A DNA stretch of 64,000 nt from Micropepsaceae bacterium (GTDB taxonomy: Bacteria; Pseudomonadota; Alphaproteobacteria; Micropepsales; Micropepsaceae). The stretch lies in assembly GCA_040080835.1 (NCBI GenBank), contig JBEBHP010000020.1, positions 5,900 to 69,899 of the forward strand. The letters run 5' to 3'. Made by a program: the position numbers and the translations under genes. The stretch's first letter is position 1; each line of letters starts with the position of its first letter. Below, in pieces: positions 54,446-64,000 of this stretch. A model generated the notes under the pieces. The model was not told the DNA's origin and did not search any database. It saw nothing but the letters and a program-made list of their open reading frames with translations.

Positions 54446-55123
54446 TTACTCCCGACCCAACACCGCCGCCCTGAGCGCCATCAACAGCAACGGCGTCCAG
54501 CTCGCAAAAAAGCCGAGCGACTGCAGCCAGATCCACTTGAGGTCAACGGCCATCATCGCGACGCCGATGGCAGGCAGGCAGAGCAGCACGCCGAGGATCG
54601 GGCGGCGCGCCTCTGATGTGAAACACAGCCCGGCGAGACACAGTCCGTTGAGCCCCAACGCCGCGAACTTGATCCACGCCGCATTGGCCGACGTCGCAAG
54701 CGCTTCAGTGCTGGGCGACAGGTCGGGCGTGTAGGCAAGCAGGCTCAGCGTTTCGACATAGTCGGCGGCGCATGCGACCAACGCTGCTACAATCGCCGCA
54801 AGCGCCAGCGGCACGAGCCGCCCCACTGAAAGGAAGAGCGCTGCAAATACCGCAAACGCCGTATACGAAGGTATGAAAGCATGAATATCGAGCGTGTTTA
54901 CGGCGTCCACCGCAGCAATGATCTTGCCACGGCACGCGCTTTCGACCGGACCGAATATCGCGAGCAGCGTATCAATGCTGCGTGCCAGCTCGAAGCGGAT
55001 GACCGCTTCGCCAGCGTTGCAAGCCTGGGCGGCCTTCACCTCACCAAGCATTTGAAAAGTGGCGACCGTCCCAAGCGAGGCGATACCCGTGATGGCGGTG
55101 AGCAGGGCCCAGAACCGTGTCAT
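54446..55123 (-). CDS. polytopic membrane protein (hypothetical)
   Basis: 225 aa with about 6 hydrophobic helices. No motif recognised. Confidence 0.55.
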   Translation of the reverse strand: MTRFWALLTAITGIASLGTVATFQMLGEVKAAQACNAGEAVIRFELARSIDTLLAIFGPVESACRGKIIAAVDAVNTLDIHAFIPSYTAFAVFAALFLSVGRLVPLALAAIVAALVACAADYVETLSLLAYTPDLSPSTEALATSANAAWIKFAALGLNGLCLAGLCFTSEARRPILGVLLCLPAIGVAMMAVDLKWIWLQSLGFFASWTPLLLMALRAAVLGRE

Positions 55124-55149
55124 GCGTTTTCCCTCTTCCGATGTTGAAC

Positions 55150-56886
55150 CTACTCCGCCGCCATCGCCCGCGGCTCGCGTTGAGGCCCGCGCACCACGCG
55201 GCCCGGACGAACAGCCTGCACCTCACCGTTGCGAAATGTCACCTCGCCGCTCTTGATGGTCGCCACGTAACCTTCCGCCTTTTGCAAGAGCCGCTTGCCA
55301 CCAGCGGGAAGGTCGAACGCAAGCCACGGCTTGCCGAGCTTTAACGTCGCAAGGTCAATCACGTTGATGTCCGCGAGATAGCCCGGCTTCAGCAACCCGC
55401 GGTCTTCCATGCCATAGAGCATCGCCGTATCGCGGCATTGGCGCTTGATGGCAAGCTCAAGCGGAATCCTGCCGCGCTTGCGGTCGCGCACCCAGTGCTG
55501 CAACAGGAAGGTCGGCGAAGCCGCATCACAGATCGTGCCGCAATGCGCGCCGCCATCCGACAGCGAGATCACGGCGTCCTCGCGTTCAAGCAGGCCCTTC
55601 ACGAAATCAAGATTGCCGTCCGCATAGTTCAGCAGCGGCAGATAGATGAAGCCCGTGCCGTCATTCTCCATGAGCAGGTCATAGGCAAATTCGTCCCCGG
55701 TCACGCCCTTGGCCGCGGCGAGCGCCATGATTGTCTCACCCGGCGTCGGCTCGTAGTTGAAGTCATCATTCATCGCATACTGCGTGAACCAGCCCTTGCC
55801 GATCACCATGCGCAGGCCCGCGAGTTCGCCTTCCAGGATTGGTTCCTCAGCCAGGATCTTCGCCCGGAACGCAGGATCACGCAGCGTCTTCAGCTGCTGG
55901 TCCCATGGCTTGCCCGCAACCTCGGCCCATGATGGGCGCAGCAGGAACGGATGCACCGTCCCGCGCCATGCCATCAGGATACCGGTCCCGCGCAGCGCAA
56001 TCTGGGCGACTATGTTCGCGCCCTTGTCGTTCTCGGATTTCATCGTCGACATCTGCTCTTCCCAGGGAAGTTCCTTGGCAATCGACTGCAGCATCGCGAA
56101 GGTAACGGGCATTTTCGTCTCGCGGCTGAGCTCGCCCATCCATTCGAATTCTTTCCATTCACGCTTCAGGTCGGACGCCATCTCGAACACGCCGTGACCG
56201 ACGCGTCCCATGGCGCGACCAATGCCGATGAGCTCTTCCTTTGTTGCCGTCGTGCCGGGCACGAGCTCGCCATCAACCGAGCGGTGCAGGATCGTGCGAG
56301 AAGTCGAAAAGCCCAACGCACCGGCCCGCAGGCCTTCCTCGACGATCTGGGACATGCGCGCTATGTCGGTCTCGGTCGGCGCCTCGTTGCGCGCGCCGCG
56401 TTCACCCATGACATAGGCCCGCACCGCGCCATGCGGCACGTGCGTGGCGACATCCACCGTGCGCGGCAGTTCCTCGAGCGCATTCATGTATTCGGGAAAG
56501 CTCTCCCAGTTCCACTTCATGCCTTCGGCGAGCGCCGTGCCTGGAATGTCCTCCACGCCTTCCATCAGGCTGATCAGCCACTGATGACGGTCAGGGCGCG
56601 CAGGCGCAAAGCCGACGCCGCAATTGCCCATGACAACTGTTGTCACGCCATGCCAGCTCGACGGCGCCATCACATCGTCCCAGGTCGCTTGTCCATCGTA
56701 GTGCGTGTGGATATCGACGAAGCCTGGTGCAACAATCTTGCCAGACGCATCGATCTCTTCCTTGCCGCGACCGCTTACGTTGCCAACTGCCGTGATGCGT
56801 CCGTTGTCGACTGCGACGTCCGCGGTGAAAGGCTTGCAGCCAGTACCGTCAACAACAGTACCGCCGCGAATGACCAGATCGTGCAT
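55150..56886 (-). CDS. N-acyl-D-amino-acid deacylase (D-aminoacylase) family amidohydrolase
   Basis: 578 aa. The N-terminus is [16 protein letters not shown]...[16 protein letters not shown] with a downstream metal-ligand context. Confidence 0.9.
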   Translation of the reverse strand: MHDLVIRGGTVVDGTGCKPFTADVAVDNGRITAVGNVSGRGKEEIDASGKIVAPGFVDIHTHYDGQATWDDVMAPSSWHGVTTVVMGNCGVGFAPARPDRHQWLISLMEGVEDIPGTALAEGMKWNWESFPEYMNALEELPRTVDVATHVPHGAVRAYVMGERGARNEAPTETDIARMSQIVEEGLRAGALGFSTSRTILHRSVDGELVPGTTATKEELIGIGRAMGRVGHGVFEMASDLKREWKEFEWMGELSRETKMPVTFAMLQSIAKELPWEEQMSTMKSENDKGANIVAQIALRGTGILMAWRGTVHPFLLRPSWAEVAGKPWDQQLKTLRDPAFRAKILAEEPILEGELAGLRMVIGKGWFTQYAMNDDFNYEPTPGETIMALAAAKGVTGDEFAYDLLMENDGTGFIYLPLLNYADGNLDFVKGLLEREDAVISLSDGGAHCGTICDAASPTFLLQHWVRDRKRGRIPLELAIKRQCRDTAMLYGMEDRGLLKPGYLADINVIDLATLKLGKPWLAFDLPAGGKRLLQKAEGYVATIKSGEVTFRNGEVQAVRPGRVVRGPQREPRAMAAE

Positions 56887-57056
56887 GTGAATAGTTCCCT
56901 GATTGAGTTTTGGTTTGAGGCCACGCTAGCAGCGAAACTCTCGAGCGGGAAGGGCAGGCAGTCCGTAGCGAAATCCGGCGACATGCAAGCGCGTCTTGCA
57001 TCCGGGCTCCGGCTGCGGCAACTCTTTGGCAGCAGAAATTCAGAGTGCGGAACACG

Positions 57057-57833
57057 ATGGACGCCATATTCAGGGTCGAGAACAACGACGTCACTGTGAG
57101 CCCCTTTGCGGCAGGACCGTGGAATCCGGGGCTGCAACATGGCGGCGCACCATCATCACTTGCGGTTTGGGCCGCAGAGCAGGTGCCGACGCAGACCCCG
57201 ATGCGCATTGCACGCTTGACGATCGACCTGTTGCGCCCGGTGCCGATTGCCCCCATGCGCATCCGCCCGGAGGTTGTGCGCGAAGGAAAAAAGATTCAGC
57301 TGCTTTCAATCCATCTTGAAAGCGGCGGCGTGGAAGTAGCCCGCGCGAGCATTCTGAAGGTCAGGCGGTCTGCCAGCAGCTACGAGGCAATCGCCACAGC
57401 AGACAGGCTTGAGCTTCCAAACCACGAGCATGGCCGCCCGCGCAACATCATGGGTCGCGCAACGGTGGGATTTGCTTCCGGCGCAACCATTCTCGCCGTG
57501 AAGGGCGAGTTCGGCCGGAAGGGTCCGGCGGCAGTCTGGTTCCGGTTTGAGCGCCCATTTGTGGAAGGTCACCCAAGTAGCGCGGTCATGCGCAGTGTTG
57601 CGACGGCAGACTTCACCAACGGTGTGTCATCGGCGTTGAATTTTGACGAATGGACTTTCATCAACGCCGATCTCAACGTGTCACTGGCACGCGATCCGGT
57701 TGGCGATTGGATCCTGCTCGACGCCGAAACCTGGCTCGGTCCCGACGGTGGCGGCATCGCGTTCGCAAGGCTCGCCGACAGCAAGGGCTATTATGGCCGG
57801 GTCGTGCAAAACCTTGTCGTTGAAGCGCGCTGA
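57057..57833 (+). CDS. thioesterase-superfamily (TesB-like double hot-dog) protein
   Basis: 258 aa from the ATG at 57057. PWNPGLQHGGAPSSL and the C-terminal half are typical of acyl-CoA thioesterase-like proteins. Motif-level call only. Confidence 0.7.
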   Translation: MDAIFRVENNDVTVSPFAAGPWNPGLQHGGAPSSLAVWAAEQVPTQTPMRIARLTIDLLRPVPIAPMRIRPEVVREGKKIQLLSIHLESGGVEVARASILKVRRSASSYEAIATADRLELPNHEHGRPRNIMGRATVGFASGATILAVKGEFGRKGPAAVWFRFERPFVEGHPSSAVMRSVATADFTNGVSSALNFDEWTFINADLNVSLARDPVGDWILLDAETWLGPDGGGIAFARLADSKGYYGRVVQNLVVEAR

Positions 57834-57845
57834 ACCAGCGAACCG

Positions 57846-58280
57846 CTATTTCGGCAAATTGCCTTTCGGCCATGAACCCTTGAGCGCACACAATTTGCGG
57901 CCGAGCGCTCGCGTCACGGCATCTGTTTTTGCCGTCATGACATGCGGATCTTTTTGCCAGCCGGTTTTCGAAACGCTTCCCGTGCCATCAGCACCCGGAT
58001 CGGAGGTGAAATAGACCGTGTCCTTGCCGCAGTCATAGGCCCAGATGTACCATCCCTTGACCTTGTCAGTCGTCGCATCGGCGTCGCTCACGAAATTCAT
58101 GCGCGCATAGACGAAACCCGTCGCGGTGTCTTCCAAGCCGCTATCGATATCGAAAAAGTGCCTTGAATCCTTGGACGCATAAGGATCATCAGGTGTCACC
58201 ATCAGCCATTTTGCAGCCATGGCAGATGAGGGACTGCAGATACAAAGCGCGACAAGCGCAAGAACAATGCGGGCGTCCAT
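57846..58280 (-). CDS. exported hypothetical protein
   Basis: Trimmed to MDARIVLALVALCICSPSSAMA (signal peptide). 144 aa. Confidence 0.5.
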   Translation of the reverse strand: MDARIVLALVALCICSPSSAMAAKWLMVTPDDPYASKDSRHFFDIDSGLEDTATGFVYARMNFVSDADATTDKVKGWYIWAYDCGKDTVYFTSDPGADGTGSVSKTGWQKDPHVMTAKTDAVTRALGRKLCALKGSWPKGNLPK

Positions 58281-58425
58281 TCGCGACCTCCATTCAGGGA
58301 CCGGGCAATTCGTGAGCCGACGACGCAACTCTATGCCAGTTTGGACATCGACGAGAGATTTATTGCATCAGCAAGGCCTACGCGAAGAATGTAGGCGCAC
58401 TTACCCGAGAGTATCGCGCGCACTG

Positions 58426-60699
58426 TCAGTGCGCTTCGCTCTCGGCCGGTGCCGCAACCTTGGGGTCTGGCCCCTCATGCCCCTTGATCGGGCCCTGCCG
58501 CAAGGCCCATCCCACCATCAGGGACAGCGTCAGCCAGAAACCGATGGAGCCTGCGAGAGCCAGCTCAAGATTGAGCGAGACGGACACATCGTCCTCGACT
58601 TTCCTGGCGCGAAACGCTTCCGGTACATCTTCGTCGTGCTGGCGGGGCGCCAGTATGGTCAGATAGCCAACCACGTCATCGTCCCCGGAAATTTGAAGCG
58701 GGCGATGAACCGGCGCCTCGCTGTGGGCCACTGGGTGCAGTTGCTTGAGTGCACCGGCAAAAGTCAGTTGCTGGAATGCTGCTGAGAGACCCAGCAGCAG
58801 CAGCCCAATCGTAATTGCAAGCAAAGGCCAAAGATCCGTCATCGGCACACGCCGAAGGATGAGCGCGCCGGTTGCGGCCGACACAAGTCCCGCCAGCGCG
58901 ACAATGCCGCGATTGGTTGCAACCAGATCAGGCTGGACCACTGCGACCCAGAAAGCGACCGCAAGCCCGCCCAGCAATGACACCGCGCCCCACCAGTGCG
59001 GCAACTCACGGCCGGGTCTCAGGTATGGCGCCAGCACGGCAAGCCCAAACGTTGGAACGAACCATGCACCCACCAGAAGCAGCACGACGCCAACCATGCC
59101 GTCCAGCACCGGCGCGACTGCGGACAGGACCATGCCCAGTAGCATCATGCCGGAAATCGTCATCAGGCTGCTGTCGCCGGAAGATCCCACAGCACGCGCC
59201 CAGACGACACACGTCGGCACGAACAGGGCAGGCAGCGAGATCCAGCCCGGAATGGTGACGCCAACTTCTCCGGACGCAAGCCAGCGAACCATGCCCGGTA
59301 TGAAATTGAACACGCCCGGCACCGCGTGTGAGACCGTGCTCGCGGGGTCCAGCATCAGCAGCCACAAAAACGGCAACAGCCGAACAAATGTGATAACTGC
59401 GGCTGCAATCAGGCCCGCAACCCACAGCGCGCAGAACGCGATGAACATGCGAAAGCCGAATTCTCGCAAGCTGGTTCCGGTGCCGCCCGCAGAGGTGAGA
59501 TAACTCAGATACACGCCAACCACCATGGCTGACGTGCACCACATCAGGAACATGAGTCCCATATCCCACCACAGGATCGGCAGTGGCTTGATCACGCCTG
59601 GAAACGCCGAGGCCAGCAGGTCCCGGTTGAGCGCCCGCATGTCGGAAGGCGCGATGAGTTTCCCCGAGCCCGCAACGGCCAGTCCGCGACGGGCCGCCTC
59701 GTCACACAGCATGTACCGGGCATTGGGCGAGCTGAGCCGGATCGCATCACAGGCGTCGCGCTGGTTGACCAGCTGCAACAGTACTTCCGGCCCAAGCCCA
59801 AGTGGCTTACGCAGAAAGTCCTGCGCGAAACTCTTCGCATCGTACAGGTCATGGCGACCAACGAGGTTTTGCATGGCGCGCGCAAGCCTGGTCGCGCGGG
59901 CATTGTCATCAAGCGACAGCAGGTAGTTGCGACATTCTGCAATCTTCTGCGGCTGCACTGGCGCCAGCAACGCAGCGTTTGGTGAAACCTTTGGCATTGG
60001 GATCAGGGCAATTGGCCGGACGCAGGCGTTGCTGCCGGTCCTTAGCCCGATTGTTCCAAAGGCCGGCACATTCGAGAAAAACGCCTGGGCGATTGTTTCG
60101 TCGCTCGGCTGAAGCTCGTGCGCAAAGATTTCCAGACGCTGGCGCGCGGAGATCAGTGCCAGCACGCGCGCGCCTGCGGAAGCATCGGGGACTGCGCCAG
60201 CCTGGCCAACGTGAGTCGCATCGGCGCTGAGTTGCCGGAGAAGCGCCAGGCTTTCCCCAGGACCCAAAGCCTCATCCGCCTGCGCTTCATCGCGGCCCGC
60301 GATGGACGCCGCGATGCGCTTGATGCCGTCGAAGTCTCCCGAAAGTTCCCGCGCGAAGTCTTCGAACGCCGAAGCCGACAGTTCGAATACAACCACCAGC
60401 GAAAGCCCGGTAATGAACGCCCGTTTCGTGCGCCCGCCAACCTTGAACTCGCCGCTCTCGATCGTTTCCCAGAGCCGCTCTGCCGTCCAGGCGACAGCCA
60501 TGGAAATAATCAGCCCCGCCGCAACCCCCGTGATTTTCGTCGGCACGTCGCCGTGCTCAAGCATGTGCGCGAACACGACGTAGAGCACAAAACCACAAAT
60601 GACGCTGAACAGGCCACACGCCGCCGCAATCACCCCCGCCTTCACGTGAAGCGGCGCTGCGCTGAACGCATCGATGGGTCGTAGAAGAAATGATCCCAT
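58426..60699 (-). CDS. large polytopic membrane protein of unknown function
   Basis: 757 aa. By eye: ~3 N-terminal TM helices, a ~290-aa soluble insert, ~10 further TM helices, and an acidic segment plus a final TM at the C-terminus. No enzymatic or transporter signature recognised. Confidence 0.7.
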   Translation of the reverse strand: MGSFLLRPIDAFSAAPLHVKAGVIAAACGLFSVICGFVLYVVFAHMLEHGDVPTKITGVAAGLIISMAVAWTAERLWETIESGEFKVGGRTKRAFITGLSLVVVFELSASAFEDFARELSGDFDGIKRIAASIAGRDEAQADEALGPGESLALLRQLSADATHVGQAGAVPDASAGARVLALISARQRLEIFAHELQPSDETIAQAFFSNVPAFGTIGLRTGSNACVRPIALIPMPKVSPNAALLAPVQPQKIAECRNYLLSLDDNARATRLARAMQNLVGRHDLYDAKSFAQDFLRKPLGLGPEVLLQLVNQRDACDAIRLSSPNARYMLCDEAARRGLAVAGSGKLIAPSDMRALNRDLLASAFPGVIKPLPILWWDMGLMFLMWCTSAMVVGVYLSYLTSAGGTGTSLREFGFRMFIAFCALWVAGLIAAAVITFVRLLPFLWLLMLDPASTVSHAVPGVFNFIPGMVRWLASGEVGVTIPGWISLPALFVPTCVVWARAVGSSGDSSLMTISGMMLLGMVLSAVAPVLDGMVGVVLLLVGAWFVPTFGLAVLAPYLRPGRELPHWWGAVSLLGGLAVAFWVAVVQPDLVATNRGIVALAGLVSAATGALILRRVPMTDLWPLLAITIGLLLLGLSAAFQQLTFAGALKQLHPVAHSEAPVHRPLQISGDDDVVGYLTILAPRQHDEDVPEAFRARKVEDDVSVSLNLELALAGSIGFWLTLSLMVGWALRQGPIKGHEGPDPKVAAPAESEAH

Positions 60700-60835
60700 G
60701 AGACGTTGGTCCGCCCGCCTGATTTCCTGGATTGAGCAAGACTAGTTGATCCGGCGCCTTTTGGCTATCGTGGCCCCGAAGTACCGATTTCATGCAGGAT
60801 GAGTCGGCAAGACCGCCGTCTGTCGAGACGCGCGA

Positions 60836-61367
60836 TCAAGCAGGAACGTAGGTCAGCCTGATCAAGTCCTTGCCAAAGCGATCGGCGGAAATGAGGCAGA
60901 ATGGTGGCCGCGGGCCAGCGAAGAATGCCTTGCCGCGACCAAGCACGATGGGGTGGACGAAGAGTCGATACTCATCAATAAGACCAATGTCGACCAGGCT
61001 TTGCGCTAGCTCCGGTCCGGCAACATCAATCTCTCCATCGAACCGGACTTTCAGCCCAGCTAAAGCCGCCTCGATGTCACCTTCGACCAGCGTGGCGTTG
61101 GGGCCGACGGACTTCAACCAGCGCGACACGACCCACTTCGGTTGGCGCCGCCACGCCGTAGCTAAGTCGCGTTCCGCCGCATCCCACTCGGGATGATCCT
61201 CGTCCCAATAACGCATGACCTCATACATACGGCGACCAGTACACACTGCCTGTGAGGTCGCGGACCTGCTCGGTGAAGTGACGAAAGAGCGTGGGGTCTG
61301 GCGCAAATTCCTCATGGCCCACATAGCCGTCCAGGGACTGGTTCATTCCAAAGACGAGCTTTGCCAT
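60836..61367 (-). pseudogene. RibD_C/dihydrofolate-reductase-family gene interrupted by a +1 frameshift
   Basis: The N-terminal part MAKLVFGMNQSLDGYVG...DLTGSVY is in one frame (stop at 61221). The continuation GRRMYEVMRYW...LVEGD...IDEYRLFVHPIVLGRGKAFF is in another. Removing one nucleotide at ~61238-61241 (tac-t-ggt) restores ..GSVYGRRMYEV... Confidence 0.6.
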
Positions 61368-61507
61368 GCTGCAAAATCTCCACCGCAGGGTATTCAGAAT
61401 AGCTTGGGGCGACATTACCCAAAAGTCAGGTTGGGCATAAACTGCGCGGTACAAAGCGTCAGTGTCTATCCGCCAGTCAATGCATTCGGCGGTCATCAGG
61501 CGGGCGC

Positions 61508-61996
61508 TTACAATCGTTCCGGATGCGATGCCACGTCAATCGAGCCGCATGGGGCCGCAAACGGGGTTCGAAACGTAAACGCCTCGGTCGATGGTCCGCG
61601 AGACGCAAGTACTGCAAGCCTGGCCATACCATCCGCAACACTGGGGCGGTGGCCTTGTGGAACCCACCAAAGGGCGAACGACACCTCCATTGGCTCAAAC
61701 CATTCATGCTTGCGCCGCATGACCGAAAGGTGCTTGCTGTTTCGATACGCGAAAGCACCGAGCGAAGCTATGTCGCGCCACACCGACATGTTCACGATCA
61801 GAAGTGGATCATCGGGGACAGCTTCCACGTCTGTTGCGTTGTTCCCTTCTCCAACCAGCCGCCACACAAACCCCGGCGACGCCTCGGCCTTCGCATTCAC
61901 ATCATCGAGCGCCGCCATGAACGGTGCATTCGCAGCATGCTCCTTGGGCAGCGCAAAGCGGGCAATATTGATCTGCGCGAGTTCGAATTGCGACAT
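61508..61996 (-). CDS. DUF3291-like protein
   Basis: Trimmed to MSQFELAQINIARF...SPGFVWRL..., a pattern I associate with DUF3291. Not HMM-verified. Confidence 0.6.
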   Translation of the reverse strand: MSQFELAQINIARFALPKEHAANAPFMAALDDVNAKAEASPGFVWRLVGEGNNATDVEAVPDDPLLIVNMSVWRDIASLGAFAYRNSKHLSVMRRKHEWFEPMEVSFALWWVPQGHRPSVADGMARLAVLASRGPSTEAFTFRTPFAAPCGSIDVASHPERL

Positions 61997-62081
61997 GATG
62001 GTGCCGTTGGGAAGACTGTAATGGGAAAAGGCGATGCCGAATGACGTACTGCCAATATCGGGCATCGCCTCCGGAATTCAA

Positions 62082-62107
62082 GTCTCGCGCACCCTAGCGC
62101 GCGAGAC
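62082..62107 (-). terminator. stem-loop downstream of the SPFH gene
   Basis: gtctcgcgc / gcgcgagac forms a 9-bp perfect stem with an 8-nt loop. The U-tract on the minus strand is weak. Confidence 0.4.
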
Positions 62108-62124
62108 CAACCGGATGCACGGTT

Positions 62125-62862
62125 TCACGCAGCCGTCGACGCCAGTTTGATGATGTCCGATGGCAGCATGATGACGGTCGTCGTGTTGTTTTCCGCGCCG
62201 ATCTCTGCAACCATCTGAAGCCTTCGCAACTCAAGCGCCATCGGGCTTTGCGTCATCAGCAAGGCCGCCGAGGTCAGCTTCTGCGCCGCTTCCTCTTCGG
62301 CCTCGGCCTTGATGAGACGCGCTCGTTTCTCACGTACCGCTTCAGCTTCCCGCGCCATCGCACGCTGCATGACTTCAGGAATCTCGACGTCCTTCATTTC
62401 CACCATCTCGATGTTCACGCCCCAGGCCTCTGTCGCCTGGTCGACGATCGCGCGCAGGGAGCCATTGATAGCATCGCGGTCCTTCAGCACTTCGTCGAGA
62501 GCATGCTGGCCGATGATGTTGCGAAGGCTGGTCAGTGCCACCTGATAGACCGCAGTGCCGTATTTCTCGACCGCAAGTACGGCCAGTTTGGGATCCGATA
62601 CCTTGTACCAGAGTACCGCGTTGACGTTGATCGTCACGCTGTCCTTGGTGATCGTCTCCTGGCGTTCAATGTCGACCGTTCGTGTGCGAAGGTCGATCTT
62701 CGTCGTCCACTCTGCCAGCGGAATGATCCAGAAAACCCCTGGTCCGCCGATGCGCGAAAAGCGACCCAGCCGGAACACGACGCATCGTTCGTACTCCTGC
62801 ACGATACGCACACCCGCAACAGCCAGCGCGAGAAGCGCAAGCAAAACATATAGGAAAGTCAT
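62125..62862 (-). CDS. SPFH/Band 7 (stomatin-like, slipin) membrane protein
   Basis: Trimmed to MTFLYVLLALLALAVAGVRIVQEYERCVVFRLGRF, with an SPFH core and an Ala/Glu-rich coiled C-terminus. Confidence 0.85.
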   Translation of the reverse strand: MTFLYVLLALLALAVAGVRIVQEYERCVVFRLGRFSRIGGPGVFWIIPLAEWTTKIDLRTRTVDIERQETITKDSVTINVNAVLWYKVSDPKLAVLAVEKYGTAVYQVALTSLRNIIGQHALDEVLKDRDAINGSLRAIVDQATEAWGVNIEMVEMKDVEIPEVMQRAMAREAEAVREKRARLIKAEAEEEAAQKLTSAALLMTQSPMALELRRLQMVAEIGAENNTTTVIMLPSDIIKLASTAA

Positions 62863-63241
62863 GATGTCACCTGAATGACGGCCGGAACGCATTGTTCGCG
62901 CCGCAACGCCGGAAGCCGGTGCGCGTCTGCGCCTTTCATTCGGCGGGGCACCGGCAATCGTCCGGTTGCGAATAAAGATGATGCGAGTGCAAGGCGCAGT
63001 CAACTCTTGAATTCGCCATCATTGGAATCCGGGTGCCGGTTAACTAGGAGGGAATTGCGCGGAAAGGATACGTATTTCGTACCAGCATGTGCCGGATGCA
63101 TGGCTGTTCTGCGGCAGCCCCGGCCGCAATCGGTGAGACAGCCCCTGTCCCGCGGTTTCACCAATATGAGCCCGAATTTAACGCCATTTTACCGCAGGAT
63201 GGTTTACACCCTCGGGAGCGCTCAACCGGGGACGGACAGCA

Positions 63242-64000
63242 TTGAAGGACGACATCGAAATCGCGCGCGCGGCGCGAATGAAGCCCATCGAAGACATCGC
63301 AATGTCGATCGGCATTCCGAACGACGCGCTTCACGCTTATGGCAAGCACAAAGCCAAGATCGATTTCGAATTCATCGAAGGTCTGCGCACGCACCCGCAT
63401 GGCAAGCTTGTCCTGGTTACCGCAATAACACCCACCCCAGCGGGTGAGGGCAAGACCACGACAACGGTCGGCCTCACCGACGGGCTCAATCACATCGGCA
63501 AGCGCGCCGTCGGCTGCATTCGCGAACCATCCCTAGGGCCGTGCTTCGGCATGAAAGGCGGAGCGGCGGGCGGCGGCCGAGCCCAAGTCGTGCCGATGGA
63601 AGACATCAATCTTCACTTCACCGGAGATTTCCACGCCATAACCTCGGCCAACAATCTGCTCGCCGCGATGATCGACAATCACATCTATTGGGGCAACGCG
63701 CTCCAGATCGATCCGCGCCGCGTGTTCTGGCGCCGTGTCATGGACATGAACGACCGTGCGCTGCGCCAGATCGTCAGTTCCTTGGGCGGTGTCGCCAACG
63801 GGTTTCCGCGCGAAGACGGTTTCGACATCACGGTGGCGTCGGAAGTGATGGCAATCTTCTGTCTGGCAAAAGATCTGAAGGATCTGGAACGGCGACTGGG
63901 CAACATCGTAGTGGCCCAAACGCGCGAGAAGAAGAACATCACCGCGCGCGACATCCAGGCTGCCGGCGCCATGGCCGTGCTGCTCAAAGATGCCCTGATG
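63242..64000 (+). CDS. fhs: formate--tetrahydrofolate ligase (3' end outside window)
   Basis: This frame is not in the ORF track. (L/M)[19 protein letters not shown]...[17 protein letters not shown]...[18 protein letters not shown] is unmistakably Fhs. An in-frame stop lies at 63179-81. The only plausible start is the TTG at 63242, with ggacgga upstream. Confidence 0.9.
   Translation, partial: MKDDIEIARAARMKPIEDIAMSIGIPNDALHAYGKHKAKIDFEFIEGLRTHPHGKLVLVTAITPTPAGEGKTTTTVGLTDGLNHIGKRAVGCIREPSLGPCFGMKGGAAGGGRAQVVPMEDINLHFTGDFHAITSANNLLAAMIDNHIYWGNALQIDPRRVFWRRVMDMNDRALRQIVSSLGGVANGFPREDGFDITVASEVMAIFCLAKDLKDLERRLGNIVVAQTREKKNITARDIQAAGAMAVLLKDALM

Noticed and set aside
55951-57099. 382-aa ORF antisense to the D-aminoacylase gene
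   Set aside because: Shadow ORF opposite a well-supported amidohydrolase. No motifs, and composition skewed to Arg, Ala and His.
62863-63241. Possible ZTP (pfl) or THF riboswitch upstream of fhs
   Set aside because: I could not find the conserved ZTP core or pseudoknot words, or a THF-like fold, by eye. This is left as an open question and not called.
62875-63447. 190-aa plus-strand ORF across the SPFH-fhs intergenic region
   Set aside because: It is in the wrong frame relative to the clear Fhs N-terminus that begins at 63242. The translation is Arg-rich junk.
1-64000. tRNA, rRNA, CRISPR arrays, IS elements, integrases, prophage or defence-system genes
   Set aside because: Inspection of all intergenic gaps longer than 70 nt and of the ORF translations found no T-arm/acceptor-like sequences, no regularly spaced direct repeats, and no transposase, integrase, nuclease or ATPase defence signatures.

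Overview
High-GC chromosomal segment, about 60% GC by eye. Gene content and order suggest an alphaproteobacterium, probably Hyphomicrobiales/Rhizobiales-like; this is an inference, not a search result. Most of the window is conserved housekeeping: yicC'-gmk; the rsmA-pdxA-surA-lptD-lptG-lptF block divergent from pepA-holC; an ABC-F ATPase; ndk; purMN; metG; two L,D-transpeptidases; fhs'. I found no rRNA, tRNA, CRISPR array, transposase or integrase.

Five accessory patches stand out.
1. 19.9-31.7 kb holds a co-oriented cluster: a ~2440-aa secreted animal-type haem peroxidase with RTX repeats (MopA-like), then a 757-aa multicopper oxidase, then a SCO1/SenC-cytochrome c fusion. It is flanked by an AT-rich control region and a divergently transcribed OmpR-type regulator whose receiver lacks the phospho-acceptor Asp. 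This is my best candidate for an uncharacterised extracellular metal (Mn?) oxidation module.
2. 11.8-17.7 kb holds an expanded class III cyclase / TolB_N-like / TPR family, including a truncated tandem duplicate.
3. 34.7-37.4 kb holds a run of five small exported proteins of unknown function, two of them paralogues.
4. 53.16-54.43 kb holds a small secreted-protein gene bracketed by two direct copies of a ~300-bp nested-palindrome (MITE/REP-like) element.
5. 58.4-60.7 kb holds an orphan 757-aa polytopic membrane protein.

There is also a 1-nt frameshifted RibD_C/DHFR-family gene, and a candidate operator palindrome upstream of a GbsR/MarR-type regulator. All functional calls come from reading motifs in the supplied translations. 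No database search was run.
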